Part shown: positions 15,888 to 23,742 of the stretch, piece after piece
Layout of the letters: each line of letters begins with the position of its first letter
How positions within the stretch are numbered: the stretch's first letter is position 1
Source of the DNA: Schaalia odontolytica
GTDB lineage: Bacteria > Actinomycetota > Actinomycetes > Actinomycetales > Actinomycetaceae
Length of the DNA stretch: 32,000 nucleotides
Direction: 5' to 3'
NCBI RefSeq assembly: GCF_005696695.1
Contig: NZ_CP040006.1
Location: 2,280,001-2,312,000 of the forward strand
The notes under the pieces: model-generated
Database searches by the model: none
What the model saw: the letters and a program-made list of their open reading frames with translations, nothing else
What the model was told of the DNA's origin: nothing
Position numbers and translations under genes: made by a program

Positions 15888-18331
15888 CGGCCCACCAGGG
15901 CGAAGGTGCCCGCCCAGATGCTCGCGGCCAGCGCGATCGCGGGCAGGGCGATCGCGACAACCATGAGGACGGCATCGGCGGCGCGCAGGCGCGAGGGGCG
16001 TGCCCACGTTCGCTTGCCTGCCGCGCCGAAGCCCCGGGCCTCCATCGTGGTGGCCAGCTTGCCGGAGCGACGCAGCGCGAAGACCAGCAGCGAAAAGGAG
16101 CCTCGCAGGAAGGAACGGATGCGCGAGGAGTCGCCCACGCCTCGGGCACGGCGCGCCCGCTCGAGGGCCTTCCAGTCGGCCGCCATCAGCGACATCATGC
16201 GCGCGCCCGCGAGCGCCGCCAGCACGGGGCGGGCGGGCAGGTGCAGGATCTGCGCGAGGCCGTCGCCCATGTCGGTCGGATCGATGCGGTCGAGCAGAGC
16301 AATCGCAGGCAGGACAATCGCGCACATGCGCAGGCCGATACCCAGCGCCAGCCACATCGAGTGGTCCGAGATCGCTGCCGGCCCGAACTGCCAGTACACG
16401 GTTCCGCCCGGTGAGGCGTAGAGCAGCATGGACGCCGCACCCAGCGGCGCGGCCAGCAGCAGCGGCGTCGCCTTCAGGAAGAAGCTGCGCGCAGACACGC
16501 CCGACAGGGGCATGAGCGCGAGCTCGAGAATGACGGCAACGGCCGCGCTCACCGGGTCAATCGTGATCAGCAGGGGCGTCGTTGCGACCAGGAGGGCGAG
16601 CACGCGGGCGACGGGATTCGTACGCGCGAGGAGGCCTCGGGCGCCGCGCTTCGGGCCCTGATCGTGTGCGTTCCCGGCGGGGGCGGCCCCGGCCTCGTCC
16701 GTCGAATCCTCGGGGGCTGCGCCACGCGTGCCGACCTGCCCGAGGTCGATGACGCGCTGGCCCATCGCGGCCACGAACGCGGGGTCGTGCGTGATCGACA
16801 CCAGGGTGACGCCGCGCTCGAGGGCGGCGCGCAGCAGGCGCACGAGGCCGAGCCACGTGCCGCGATCCTGGCCGAAGGTCGGCTCGTCGAGGATGAGCAG
16901 CTCGGGGGCGCTGATGAGCGCGGTCGCCACCGACAGGCGGCGCTTCTCGCCGCCCGAGAGGGTCATGGGGTTGGCGCGCGCGAGTTTGGTGAGGCCCAGG
17001 GCCTCGAGGTGTTCGTCGACGAGGGGAGCGATCTCTTCGTCGGTCATGCCGGCGGCGCGCGGGCCGATCGCGAGCTCCTCGGCGACGGTGGGAGCCAGGA
17101 ACTGGTATTCGGGCTCCTGGAAGACCATCGACATGCGGCCCAGGAGTTGCTTGCTGGACCACTCGTGGGGGTCGCCTGCCGTGCCGTCGGCGGTCTCGAC
17201 CTCGACGGCGCCCTCCAGGGGCGGCAGGAGGCCCGCGAGCGTCAGTGCAAAGGTCGATTTTCCGGCGCCGTTAGCGCCAACGATGCAAGTGGAGACCCCG
17301 CGCTCGATCGTCAAGTCGATGCCGCTGCGCACGGGGGCGGACGCGTCGTAGCCGATCGTCAGGTCGGTGACGCGGGCGATCGGGGTGGCGCCTCGCGCTC
17401 TCCCTTCCGCGCCCTCTTCCGCGCCCACGGACGAGGCCGGGGGGACCTCGGGGGCGGGGCCGACCTCGGCGGCGACGTCGTCGCCGGGAAGCCAGATGCC
17501 GCGCTCACGCAGGGCCTCGCCCTGCTGCGCGAGGACCTCGTCGAGCGGGCCGTCTGCGGCGATCGCGCCGTCCGCGACCACGATGACGCGATCCACGAGG
17601 GAGGCCCACACGTCGACACGGTGCTCGACGACGACCACGGTCGCGCCCGTGCGCTCGACGACGGTTTCGACGGCGGCGCGCACCTCGGCGACGCCGCTCG
17701 GGTCCAGGTTCGCGGTGGGCTCGTCCAGGAGCAGCAGGCCCGGGCCCATCGCGAGAATCGACGCCAGAGCCAGGCGCTGCTTCTGCCCGCCCGACAGCTC
17801 CGTCGTCGAATGATCCAGGGGGACGCTCAGGCCCACAGCCTCGAGCGAGTTCTCCACGCGCGGCCAGATCTCCTCACGCGCGACCCCCATGTTTTCCATG
17901 CCGAAGGCCACGTCGTCGCCCACGCGGGCGAGGACCACCTGGGCCTCGGGGTCCTGCATGAGCAGGCCCACGCGGCCCCTGGCATCAGCCGGAGCGACGC
18001 CGTCCACGGTGAGCGTGCCGGTGGCCTCGCCCTCCTCGGCGCCGCCCAGCAGACCGGCCAAGCCGCCCATGAGCGTCGACTTGCCCGACCCGGACGGGCC
18101 CAGCACCAGCACGCGCTCGCCCGGCGCGATATCGAGATCAACACCCGACAGCGCGGCGTTCTTACGCCCAGCGTGACGCCATCCCCAGCCGCGCGCGCAC
18201 ACGCGCGCGCCCGCCCCCTCACCCAGCGGCACCTGGCCATCCGGGGAGGAAGCGGGGCGGGAGGAGGCGGAGTGGGCCTCGTCCATGGATTCGAAATCAG
18301 ACAAGCTCACGCGCTCCACGGCCGGAGGCAA
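15884..18331 (-). CDS. Fused ECF transporter energizing module: two ABC ATPase domains (YkoD-like) plus C-terminal EcfT/CbiQ transmembrane domain (YkoC-like)
   Basis: - Domain 1: GPSGSGKSTL, LSGGQKQRLALA, LLLLDEPTANLD.
- Domain 2: GANGAGKSTF, LSGGEKRRLSVA, LLILDEPTFGQD.
- C-terminal ~270 aa: multi-TM with the EcfT hallmark MEARGF.
- Start is uncertain: TTG 18331, GTG 18310 or ATG 18286. Confidence 0.85.
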   Translation of the reverse strand: MPPAVERVSLSDFESMDEAHSASSRPASSPDGQVPLGEGAGARVCARGWGWRHAGRKNAALSGVDLDIAPGERVLVLGPSGSGKSTLMGGLAGLLGGAEEGEATGTLTVDGVAPADARGRVGLLMQDPEAQVVLARVGDDVAFGMENMGVAREEIWPRVENSLEAVGLSVPLDHSTTELSGGQKQRLALASILAMGPGLLLLDEPTANLDPSGVAEVRAAVETVVERTGATVVVVEHRVDVWASLVDRVIVVADGAIAADGPLDEVLAQQGEALRERGIWLPGDDVAAEVGPAPEVPPASSVGAEEGAEGRARGATPIARVTDLTIGYDASAPVRSGIDLTIERGVSTCIVGANGAGKSTFALTLAGLLPPLEGAVEVETADGTAGDPHEWSSKQLLGRMSMVFQEPEYQFLAPTVAEELAIGPRAAGMTDEEIAPLVDEHLEALGLTKLARANPMTLSGGEKRRLSVATALISAPELLILDEPTFGQDRGTWLGLVRLLRAALERGVTLVSITHDPAFVAAMGQRVIDLGQVGTRGAAPEDSTDEAGAAPAGNAHDQGPKRGARGLLARTNPVARVLALLVATTPLLITIDPVSAAVAVILELALMPLSGVSARSFFLKATPLLLAAPLGAASMLLYASPGGTVYWQFGPAAISDHSMWLALGIGLRMCAIVLPAIALLDRIDPTDMGDGLAQILHLPARPVLAALAGARMMSLMAADWKALERARRARGVGDSSRIRSFLRGSFSLLVFALRRSGKLATTMEARGFGAAGKRTWARPSRLRAADAVLMVVAIALPAIALAASIWAGTFALVGR

Positions 18332-18896
18332 AGCGATCCAGGGCGCCTGTCTTTGCCAGCGCGTTCGTCAGCGCCCAGGCGAGGATGCCCGCCAGGACCA
18401 CGCCCGAGACGGCGCCGCACACGAGGTAGATCACGTTGTAGAGCAGGCCCTTCTCGATGTGGCCGTAAAGGAAGAGCTCGAGAACCCACTCGAACGCGAA
18501 GGACACGGCGCCCGCAACGCCCACGATTGCCGCATTGAAGCGGCGGTATGCGACGAGGGCGAAGACGAGCTCGGCACCAATGCCCTGCGCGAGACCCGAG
18601 TAGATGGTCTCGACGGCCCACTGGGATCCCAGAGCCATGGAGACGGTCGCGGCCATCAGCTCAACGAAGAGCGCGGCACCGGGCTTACGGATGACGTAGC
18701 CGCCGAGCGTGCCACCCAGCAGCCAGACGCCCGTCGCAAGTCCGTCCAGGCCGGGGGTTATGGCCTTGAGGCCCTCCAGGGCGGCATTACCCACCTGGTT
18801 CCAGACGACAAAAATGAGGCCACACGCGACGCCCAGGACGGCGGCGGTGACGATGTCAATGACCCTCCAGCGGAGGGACGGAGCAGTGGATGCCAT
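18297..18896 (-). CDS. ykoE: ECF transporter substrate-specific (S) component, YkoE-like (HMP/thiamine-related)
   Basis: 199-aa protein with 6 predicted TM helices, directly downstream of a TPP riboswitch and upstream of the ECF A-A-T gene. GAAGGGAG RBS before ATG 18896. Confidence 0.8.
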   Translation of the reverse strand: MASTAPSLRWRVIDIVTAAVLGVACGLIFVVWNQVGNAALEGLKAITPGLDGLATGVWLLGGTLGGYVIRKPGAALFVELMAATVSMALGSQWAVETIYSGLAQGIGAELVFALVAYRRFNAAIVGVAGAVSFAFEWVLELFLYGHIEKGLLYNVIYLVCGAVSGVVLAGILAWALTNALAKTGALDRFASGRGARELV

Positions 18897-18926
18897 GCGA
18901 AAATACTCCCTTCGTGTTGCACGGCG

Positions 18927-19021
18927 GCCACGAGGGAAGAGCCTTCCTACGCCGGTATGATCCGGATCAGGTTCTACGGTCGGGGGTGGTCCCCTCTCAG
19001 CTCGCTTCGAGCTCCCGTGGC
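18927..19021 (-). promoter_or_regulatory. TPP (THI-box) riboswitch
   Basis: Minus-strand RNA: GCCACGGGAGCUCGAAGCGAGCUGAGAGGGGACCACCCCCGACCGUAGAACCUGAUCCGGAUCAUACCGGCGUAGGAAGGCUCUUCCCUCGUGGC. It contains the conserved CUGAGA, ACCC, and ACCUGAUCCGGAUCAUACCGGCGUAGGAA elements, with P1 closing as GCCACGGG/CCCUCGUGGC. Confidence 0.93.
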
Positions 19022-19056
19022 ACTCTGGTGAGCATAGTCACTTGGTATTCATTCCG

Positions 19057-20526
19057 CTACTCATGCAGATGAGGGCCGGTATGCGGACCCTCACCCGTTC
19101 CACCGTCGCCGAGGACCCCGCGCGACGCGCGACGCAGCAGGAAATGGCGGTTCGCGAAGGCCGCGCCCACGATGAACGCGATCCAAATCAGCGAATAGAC
19201 GAGGCCGGGGCGGGTATCGTCCCACATCGCCAGGATGATGCCCATGCAGCCCATGAACGCAAGCACGATCCATGCGCTGATCGCGCCGCCGGGGGCCTTG
19301 AATTTCGAGGCCGTATGCAGGTCGGGGCGCTTGTGCAGGTAGACCAGGTAGGACACGACGATGACCACCCACACGCCCATAAACAGCGTGGCCGACACGG
19401 AAGTCACCAGCGTGAAGGCCGCGGAGATCGAACCGCCCATCCCCATGATGACGATGCCCGACAGGAGGCACACGCAGGACAGGAACAGGGCGTTGAGGGG
19501 CACATGGTGGCTGGACAGGCGGGCGAAGATGCCAGGCGCCTGCTCCTGGCGGGCCAGGCCGTAGAGCATGCGCGAGGTGGAGTAGATGCCCGAGTTCGCG
19601 CTCGACGCGGCCGAGGAGAGGACCACGAGATTGACGATCGTGGCCGCGGCGCCCAGCCCGGTCAGCGAAAACATCGTGACGAAGGGCGATTTCTCGGGGC
19701 TCACCTGATCCCAGGGGGTCACCATCATGATGGCCGCGAGCGCCGCCACGTAGAAGAGCATGATGCGAACGGGGATGGAGTTGACGGCCTTGGGAAGGGT
19801 GTTGTCCGGGTCATCGGTCTCGGCGACTGTCGTGCCGACCATCTCGATACCGATGAAGGCAAAGAGGGCGATCTGGAAGCCGCCGAGGAAGCCAGTGAAT
19901 CCGGTCGGGAAGAAGCCGCCATGGCTCCACAGGTTCGAGACCGCGGCCGCTGTGCCCTCGGTGTCAACCGTGCCCATGGCAACCATGCCAAAACCGACGA
20001 CGACCAGCGCAATGATCGCAACGATCTTGACGAGCGCGAACCAGAACTCCGTCTCACCAAAGGCCTTGACCGTCATCGCGTTGAGGGCGAAGAGCAGCAG
20101 CGTCGTCGCGCCGATGGGGATCCACGCGGGCAGGTCCGGCCACCAGAAGTGCGTGTAGCCGGTGATCGCGATCATGTCGGCGACGCCAGTGACCACCCAG
20201 CACGCCCAGTAGGTCCACCCCGTCACGAACCCAGCCCACGGCCCGATGAGGTCGCGGGCGATGTCCGCGAAGGTCGCGTACTTGTGGTCGGAGAGCAGCA
20301 GCTCGCCGAGGGTGCGCATGAACAGAAAGAGGACCGCGCCGATGATCATGTAGACCAGCAGGATCGAGGGGCCGGCGACGGAGATCGTTTTACCCGATCC
20401 CATAAACAGGCCCGTACCGATCGCACCACCGATGGCGATCAGCTGGATGTGGCGGTTTTTCAGCGTGCGCTGGAGCTTTTCGCCACCCTGATGGGGCTCA
20501 CCGTGTTCGACGTTCTCGACTGTCAT
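19057..20526 (-). CDS. cycA: APC-family amino acid permease, CycA-like (D-serine/D-alanine/glycine transporter type; AnsP-like not excluded)
   Basis: Near-colinear with my recollection of E. coli CycA: NRHIQLIAIGGAIGTGLFMGSGKTIS.AGPSI..VYMIIG, GPWAG..TGWTYW.CWVVTG.AD, SAASSANSG..STSRML.GLA. ATG 20526 has a GGAAGGAA RBS. The upstream extension to 20655 is rejected. Confidence 0.85.
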   Translation of the reverse strand: MTVENVEHGEPHQGGEKLQRTLKNRHIQLIAIGGAIGTGLFMGSGKTISVAGPSILLVYMIIGAVLFLFMRTLGELLLSDHKYATFADIARDLIGPWAGFVTGWTYWACWVVTGVADMIAITGYTHFWWPDLPAWIPIGATTLLLFALNAMTVKAFGETEFWFALVKIVAIIALVVVGFGMVAMGTVDTEGTAAAVSNLWSHGGFFPTGFTGFLGGFQIALFAFIGIEMVGTTVAETDDPDNTLPKAVNSIPVRIMLFYVAALAAIMMVTPWDQVSPEKSPFVTMFSLTGLGAAATIVNLVVLSSAASSANSGIYSTSRMLYGLARQEQAPGIFARLSSHHVPLNALFLSCVCLLSGIVIMGMGGSISAAFTLVTSVSATLFMGVWVVIVVSYLVYLHKRPDLHTASKFKAPGGAISAWIVLAFMGCMGIILAMWDDTRPGLVYSLIWIAFIVGAAFANRHFLLRRASRGVLGDGGTGEGPHTGPHLHE

Positions 20527-20689
20527 CGTTGTTCCTTCCGCCTGCTCCCGCCCCACCTGGGACGTTTTGCGCGGTCTTTGCGCGCTCGCGTGACGCGCTT
20601 GACTATCCAACGCTACCGCACAGGTACGCTCATGACCGAATCCAGAGCCACGCATGGCAGAACGAGCACATTCAAGTTAGGTTTGCCTT

Positions 20690-21178
20690 ATGACGCAGAA
20701 TTCGACGCCTTCGACGGGCGAGACCGCCACCCCCTCAACGGCCGAGGCCTCGTACCCCCTGATCTCCGTGGCCACCGTTCCCACCGAGCGGGCCGCACGC
20801 TACGGCAAGCAGCTGGTGAGCCACATGGCACACAAGATCACGGGTTCCTGGGACGAGGAGGCAGGCAGCGGATACTTGCTTTTCGACCGCGAGGGCCCGG
20901 TTCTGGGGCGTTTCGACGTGATCGCATCGGCATCTGATCTGAGGCTTGAGCTGCGCACGGAGCCCGAGCGCGCCGATCGCCTCGAATTCATCGTCGGCAT
21001 TCACCTGGCACGCTTCGGCGCGCGCGACAGCCTCGCTATTTCATGGGAGCGCAGCGAAGGTTCGACGCAGGGCCCCCTCACCCCCGAAGAGGTCGAGGCT
21101 CGCGCCCGCGCCAAGAAGGCCGCCCGCGAGGCGGCGGCACGCGAGGCGGCGGCACGCGAGGCCGGGCACGCGGAGTAG
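20690..21178 (+). CDS. DUF2218 domain-containing protein with Ala/Arg/Glu repeat tail
   Basis: ISVATVPTERAARYGKQLVSHMAHK...RLELRTEPERADRLEFIVGIHLARFG matches my recollection of the DUF2218 core. The C-terminal AAREAAAREAAAREA comes from a 15-bp tandem repeat. Confidence 0.75.
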   Translation: MTQNSTPSTGETATPSTAEASYPLISVATVPTERAARYGKQLVSHMAHKITGSWDEEAGSGYLLFDREGPVLGRFDVIASASDLRLELRTEPERADRLEFIVGIHLARFGARDSLAISWERSEGSTQGPLTPEEVEARARAKKAAREAAAREAAAREAGHAE

Positions 21179-21184
21179 GCCTGG

Positions 21185-21222
21185 CACGGCGGACTAGGCC
21201 CAGCGCACACGGCGGACTAGGC
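21185..21222. repeat. 15-bp perfect direct repeat CACGGCGGACTAGGC x2 (23-bp period)
   Basis: Copies at 21185-21199 and 21208-21222, immediately after the DUF2218 stop codon. Confidence 0.9.
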
Positions 21223-21237
21223 GCGGCGAGCCCCATC

Positions 21238-21351
21238 AATTCCGCACGTAATTCCCCGACGGCCGGACGCGTTAACGTCTCGAAAACCGCAGAATTCCAA
21301 CGTTCTGACTTAAAACATTGAAACAGTCGCAGGGGAATTACGTGCGAAATT
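21238..21351. repeat. Long-range 20-bp inverted repeat (19/20 match) enclosing 74 nt
   Basis: AATTCCGCACGTAATTCCCC (21238-21257) versus GGGGAATTACGTGCGAAATT (21332-21351). The enclosed segment contains the CGTTAACG palindrome. Confidence 0.85.
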
Positions 21352-21433
21352 TCGGGCACGCACCCAGCCCCCCACGCGTATCAATACGAGTCACGTGGAG
21401 ATCCGCATCGAAAACGGTTCACCGCTGCAGGGC

Positions 21434-21521
21434 ATTGCACTAGTTAGGGAGCGTTACACTAGTTAGGGAGCATTACACCACCTGGGAACTGGTGTAATAC
21501 CCAGCAAAAAGGTGTAACACC
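21434..21521. repeat. Cluster of TTACAC-type motifs: 19-bp tandem repeat x2, 9-bp stem hairpin, 11-bp palindrome
   Basis: - Tandem repeat: ATTGCACTAGTTAGGGAGC (21434-21452) and GTTACACTAGTTAGGGAGC (21453-21471).
- Hairpin: ATTACACCA (21472-21480) / TGGTGTAAT (21490-21498).
- Palindrome: GGTGTAACACC (21511-21521). Confidence 0.9.
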
Positions 21522-21577
21522 ACTTAGCAACAAGCCCCACCGCGGCAAACGTCCGGCGACCCACCGCCAACAGACAA

Positions 21578-21603
21578 CCCCCGCAGCCGTGAGGCTGCGG
21601 GGG
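21578..21603 (-). terminator. Candidate terminator hairpin (possibly bidirectional) downstream of SRPBCC gene
   Basis: 11-bp perfect stem CCCCCGCAGCC / GGCTGCGGGGG with a 4-nt loop. On the minus strand it is followed by TTGTCTGTT. It lies about 100 nt past the stop at 21707. Confidence 0.5.
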
Positions 21604-21706
21604 TGCACAGTTTGGCAACACGCTAACTACGCGTCATTCGCCGGCGAATACCGCGACAGCGGAACCTTACCGACATCAACGGATGCTGGCGCGGAAACTC
21701 AGACGC

Positions 21707-22186
21707 TCAGCGGCCCTCGAGGTAGTTCTTGGCCGCGATCAGGACCTGTTCCCACATGCCGACCTCATCGTCGTACGCCTGGCGGGCCTCGGCCTCGTCG
21801 TCGGAGACCGACGCCAGACCCGACTCCTCCACGTGGATGGCAACGCCGCCGCGCTCCTCGGACAGGGAGACCTCGATGCGGGTCGCGTACTCGTCCGGCA
21901 GCTCGTCGTCGGCCAGCGGGTACCAGCGGAAGGCGACGACGTCCATCGGATCCTCGTCGGCCTTCTCGATCAGCCAGTCGCCGGCGTCCGGGTCGCTCAC
22001 GCGATAGATGCCGTCGTCCCCGAGCGTCACCTCGTGGTCACCCAGCGGGCCGTCGTTGACCCACCAGCCCGGCTCCGACACGAGCGCCCACGCGGCCTCA
22101 ATGTCGCAGTCCACGACCACGTCGGTCTCGACGCGATCCAGGTCGTCCTCAACGTCGGCGTCAGAAGTCATGTCAAAGAAGCTCAT
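21707..22186 (-). CDS. SRPBCC family protein (AHSA1/START-like)
   Basis: 159 aa from ATG 22186. IEAAWALVSEPGWWVN...RIEVSLSEERGGVAIHVEESG...WEQVLIAAKNYLE matches my recollection of the AHSA1-like SRPBCC pattern. No clear RBS. Confidence 0.7.
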   Translation of the reverse strand: MSFFDMTSDADVEDDLDRVETDVVVDCDIEAAWALVSEPGWWVNDGPLGDHEVTLGDDGIYRVSDPDAGDWLIEKADEDPMDVVAFRWYPLADDELPDEYATRIEVSLSEERGGVAIHVEESGLASVSDDEAEARQAYDDEVGMWEQVLIAAKNYLEGR

Positions 22187-22422
22187 ACACCAACGGTACC
22201 GGGTCGGACGCTCCCAGGCACGCGAATGGACACCCCAACGCGCGCCCATCTACGCACGTCGGCGGGCACGGGAACAGACGAGGGATCAGACCCCGCGCGA
22301 GCACGTCGGCGCACAGATGCGCGAGGCATTGGAAGGCCACGTCTTCGTGCGCATACGACGAGGCCGTGGCCAGCCCCGCGGAGAAGCGAGAGTCGGCCAC
22401 GGCCTCGGCGTGTCAAAGAGCC

Positions 22423-23007
22423 TCAGGCGAGACGCGTGATGCGGTAGCGCCAATCCACGGGGCCAACCTCGAGGGTCTCCACGCGGTAGTGCTGCTCGGA
22501 GTCCTGCAGGTGCGCGAACAGCGGCTCGGGCTGGTGGGGCGCGCAGATCTGGATGTTCTCGCCGACGGGCAGGTTGTCTACCGCCGCGAAGAGGACCGCG
22601 TGGCGCACGACTCGGGGGATCGAGTGGATGACCAGCTCGTCCGCACCCGGGCGGTGAATGACGCCGGCGCCGCCAGCGTGGACGTTGCCCGCCGAGGGGG
22701 CACCGTCGCCGCAGCCGCAGCCACCGGCCGTGGAGGCGATGGGCTCGGCGGCCATCTCGTGGGGGCGCTCGGCGGGGGCGTCGTGGCCGCCGCAGCCGCA
22801 ACCGGCGTGCTCGGCGGGGGCCTCGACAGCCTCGGCGCCGTGGCCGTGTCCGCCGCAGCCGCAGCCACCCTGCTCGGGGGCCTGCGCAGCGGGAGCCTGC
22901 TCGGCGCGCGCCTTCTTACCTTCGCCACCACAGCCGCACCCGCAGCCGCCGTCCGTGGACGGGACGGTGTTGGCGTCGACCAGCTTGAACATCTGACGGT
23001 CAGTCAT
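22423..23007 (-). CDS. DUF2249 domain protein with N-terminal low-complexity region carrying four G-C-G-C-G motifs
   Basis: C-terminal ELVIHSIPRVVRHAVLFAAVDNLPVGENIQICAPHQPEPLFAHLQ...YRVETLEVGPVDWRYRITR resembles DUF2249 (TusA-like). N-terminal motifs GGCGCGCGG, GGCGCGGHGHG, AGCGCGGHD and GGCGCGDG. AAGGATAAGGAAAAG RBS. Confidence 0.8.
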   Translation of the reverse strand: MTDRQMFKLVDANTVPSTDGGCGCGCGGEGKKARAEQAPAAQAPEQGGCGCGGHGHGAEAVEAPAEHAGCGCGGHDAPAERPHEMAAEPIASTAGGCGCGDGAPSAGNVHAGGAGVIHRPGADELVIHSIPRVVRHAVLFAAVDNLPVGENIQICAPHQPEPLFAHLQDSEQHYRVETLEVGPVDWRYRITRLA

Positions 23008-23089
23008 GTCTTTTCCTTATCCTTCGGCCCGACGGGCCATTTCAGCGAACCTTACCCAGTGTAGGCATGCCTCAGCCGCGCACGCGCGT

Positions 23090-23545
23090 TCACTTAATGA
23101 GGAACTCGGCCTCGACCTCGACGCTCACGTTGAGGGGCAGCGCGGCGACGCCCACGGCGCTGCGCGCGTGCTGGCTGCCGAAGATCTCGCCGAACAACTC
23201 GGATGCGCCGTTGATGACGCCGGCCTGCCCGTAGAAGTCGGGGCGCGAGGACACGAAGCCCACGACCTTCACGACTCCCGCGAGGTTGTCGATGCCGCCC
23301 GCGACGGAGGCCGCCGCGGCCAGGGCGTTGAGGGCGCACACGCGCGCCGCGTCCTTGGCGTCCTCGGGGTCCGCGCCGTCCTCGCCGACCGCGCCGATGC
23401 ACACGGGCTCGCCGTTCACGACGGGGATCTGGCCGGAGGTGCGCACGACGCCGCGGTCGATGACGGCGGGCACGTAGGCGGCGACGGGGGTGGCGACGGC
23501 GGGCAGTTCGAGGCCGAGCTCGGCGAGCTTCTCGGAGGGGAGCAT
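23090..23545 (-). CDS. RidA/YjgF/L-PSP family protein
   Basis: 151 aa. RTSGQIPV...DAKDAARVCALNALAA...VVKVVGFV...ARSAVGVAALPLNVSVEVEAEF is typical of RidA-family proteins. GAAAGGA RBS. Confidence 0.85.
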   Translation of the reverse strand: MLPSEKLAELGLELPAVATPVAAYVPAVIDRGVVRTSGQIPVVNGEPVCIGAVGEDGADPEDAKDAARVCALNALAAAASVAGGIDNLAGVVKVVGFVSSRPDFYGQAGVINGASELFGEIFGSQHARSAVGVAALPLNVSVEVEAEFLIK

Positions 23546-23695
23546 GAGGGGTCCTTTCGTTGTGATCGACGAGGCCGGGGCCTCGTCCTCCGGTTCCAGT
23601 TTAGTTGCGCTGATCCCGGGGGTGGCGAGTGACGGCGTGACCGTGAGATTCCGGCCGAGGCCTCGTCGATGAAGAGGCAGCGCAGGTATAAGCGT

Positions 23696-23731
23696 GCGCC
23701 CCGCATGTCGACAATCACGCGGGGCGCACTA
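23696..23731 (-). terminator. Candidate terminator downstream of Cthe_2159-like lipoprotein gene
   Basis: 11-bp perfect stem GTGCGCCCCGC (23696-23706) / GCGGGGCGCAC (23721-23731), 12 nt past the stop at 23743. The 14-nt loop contains the TGTCGACA palindrome. Confidence 0.5.
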
Positions 23732-23742
23732 TTCAGGAAGCC

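Noticed and set aside
15888-16355. A 353-aa version of the P-loop ORF, starting at 16355.
   Set aside because: The upstream 156 codons lie out of frame inside the EcfT domain of the transporter gene and are Arg/Pro/Gly-rich. ATG 15887 forms a classic ATGA overlap with the transporter stop.
21078-21359. A 93-aa minus-strand ORF in the DUF2218 3' end and spacer.
   Set aside because: Two-thirds of it is antisense to the DUF2218 gene and translates its Ala/Arg repeat as a Pro/Arg-rich sequence. It has no RBS, so it is a likely shadow ORF.
21360-21380. A C-rich run (CACCCAGCCCCCCACGCG) that might be part of a 6C-type actinobacterial sRNA.
   Set aside because: There is only one C-rich tract and no pair of flanking stem-loops presenting C-rich loops. 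That is too little to call without a covariance-model search.
22696-22956. A GC-rich GGCTGCGGC-type microsatellite-like tract.
   Set aside because: It is in frame within the DUF2249 gene and encodes the GCGCG motifs. I report it as a protein feature, not a non-coding repeat.
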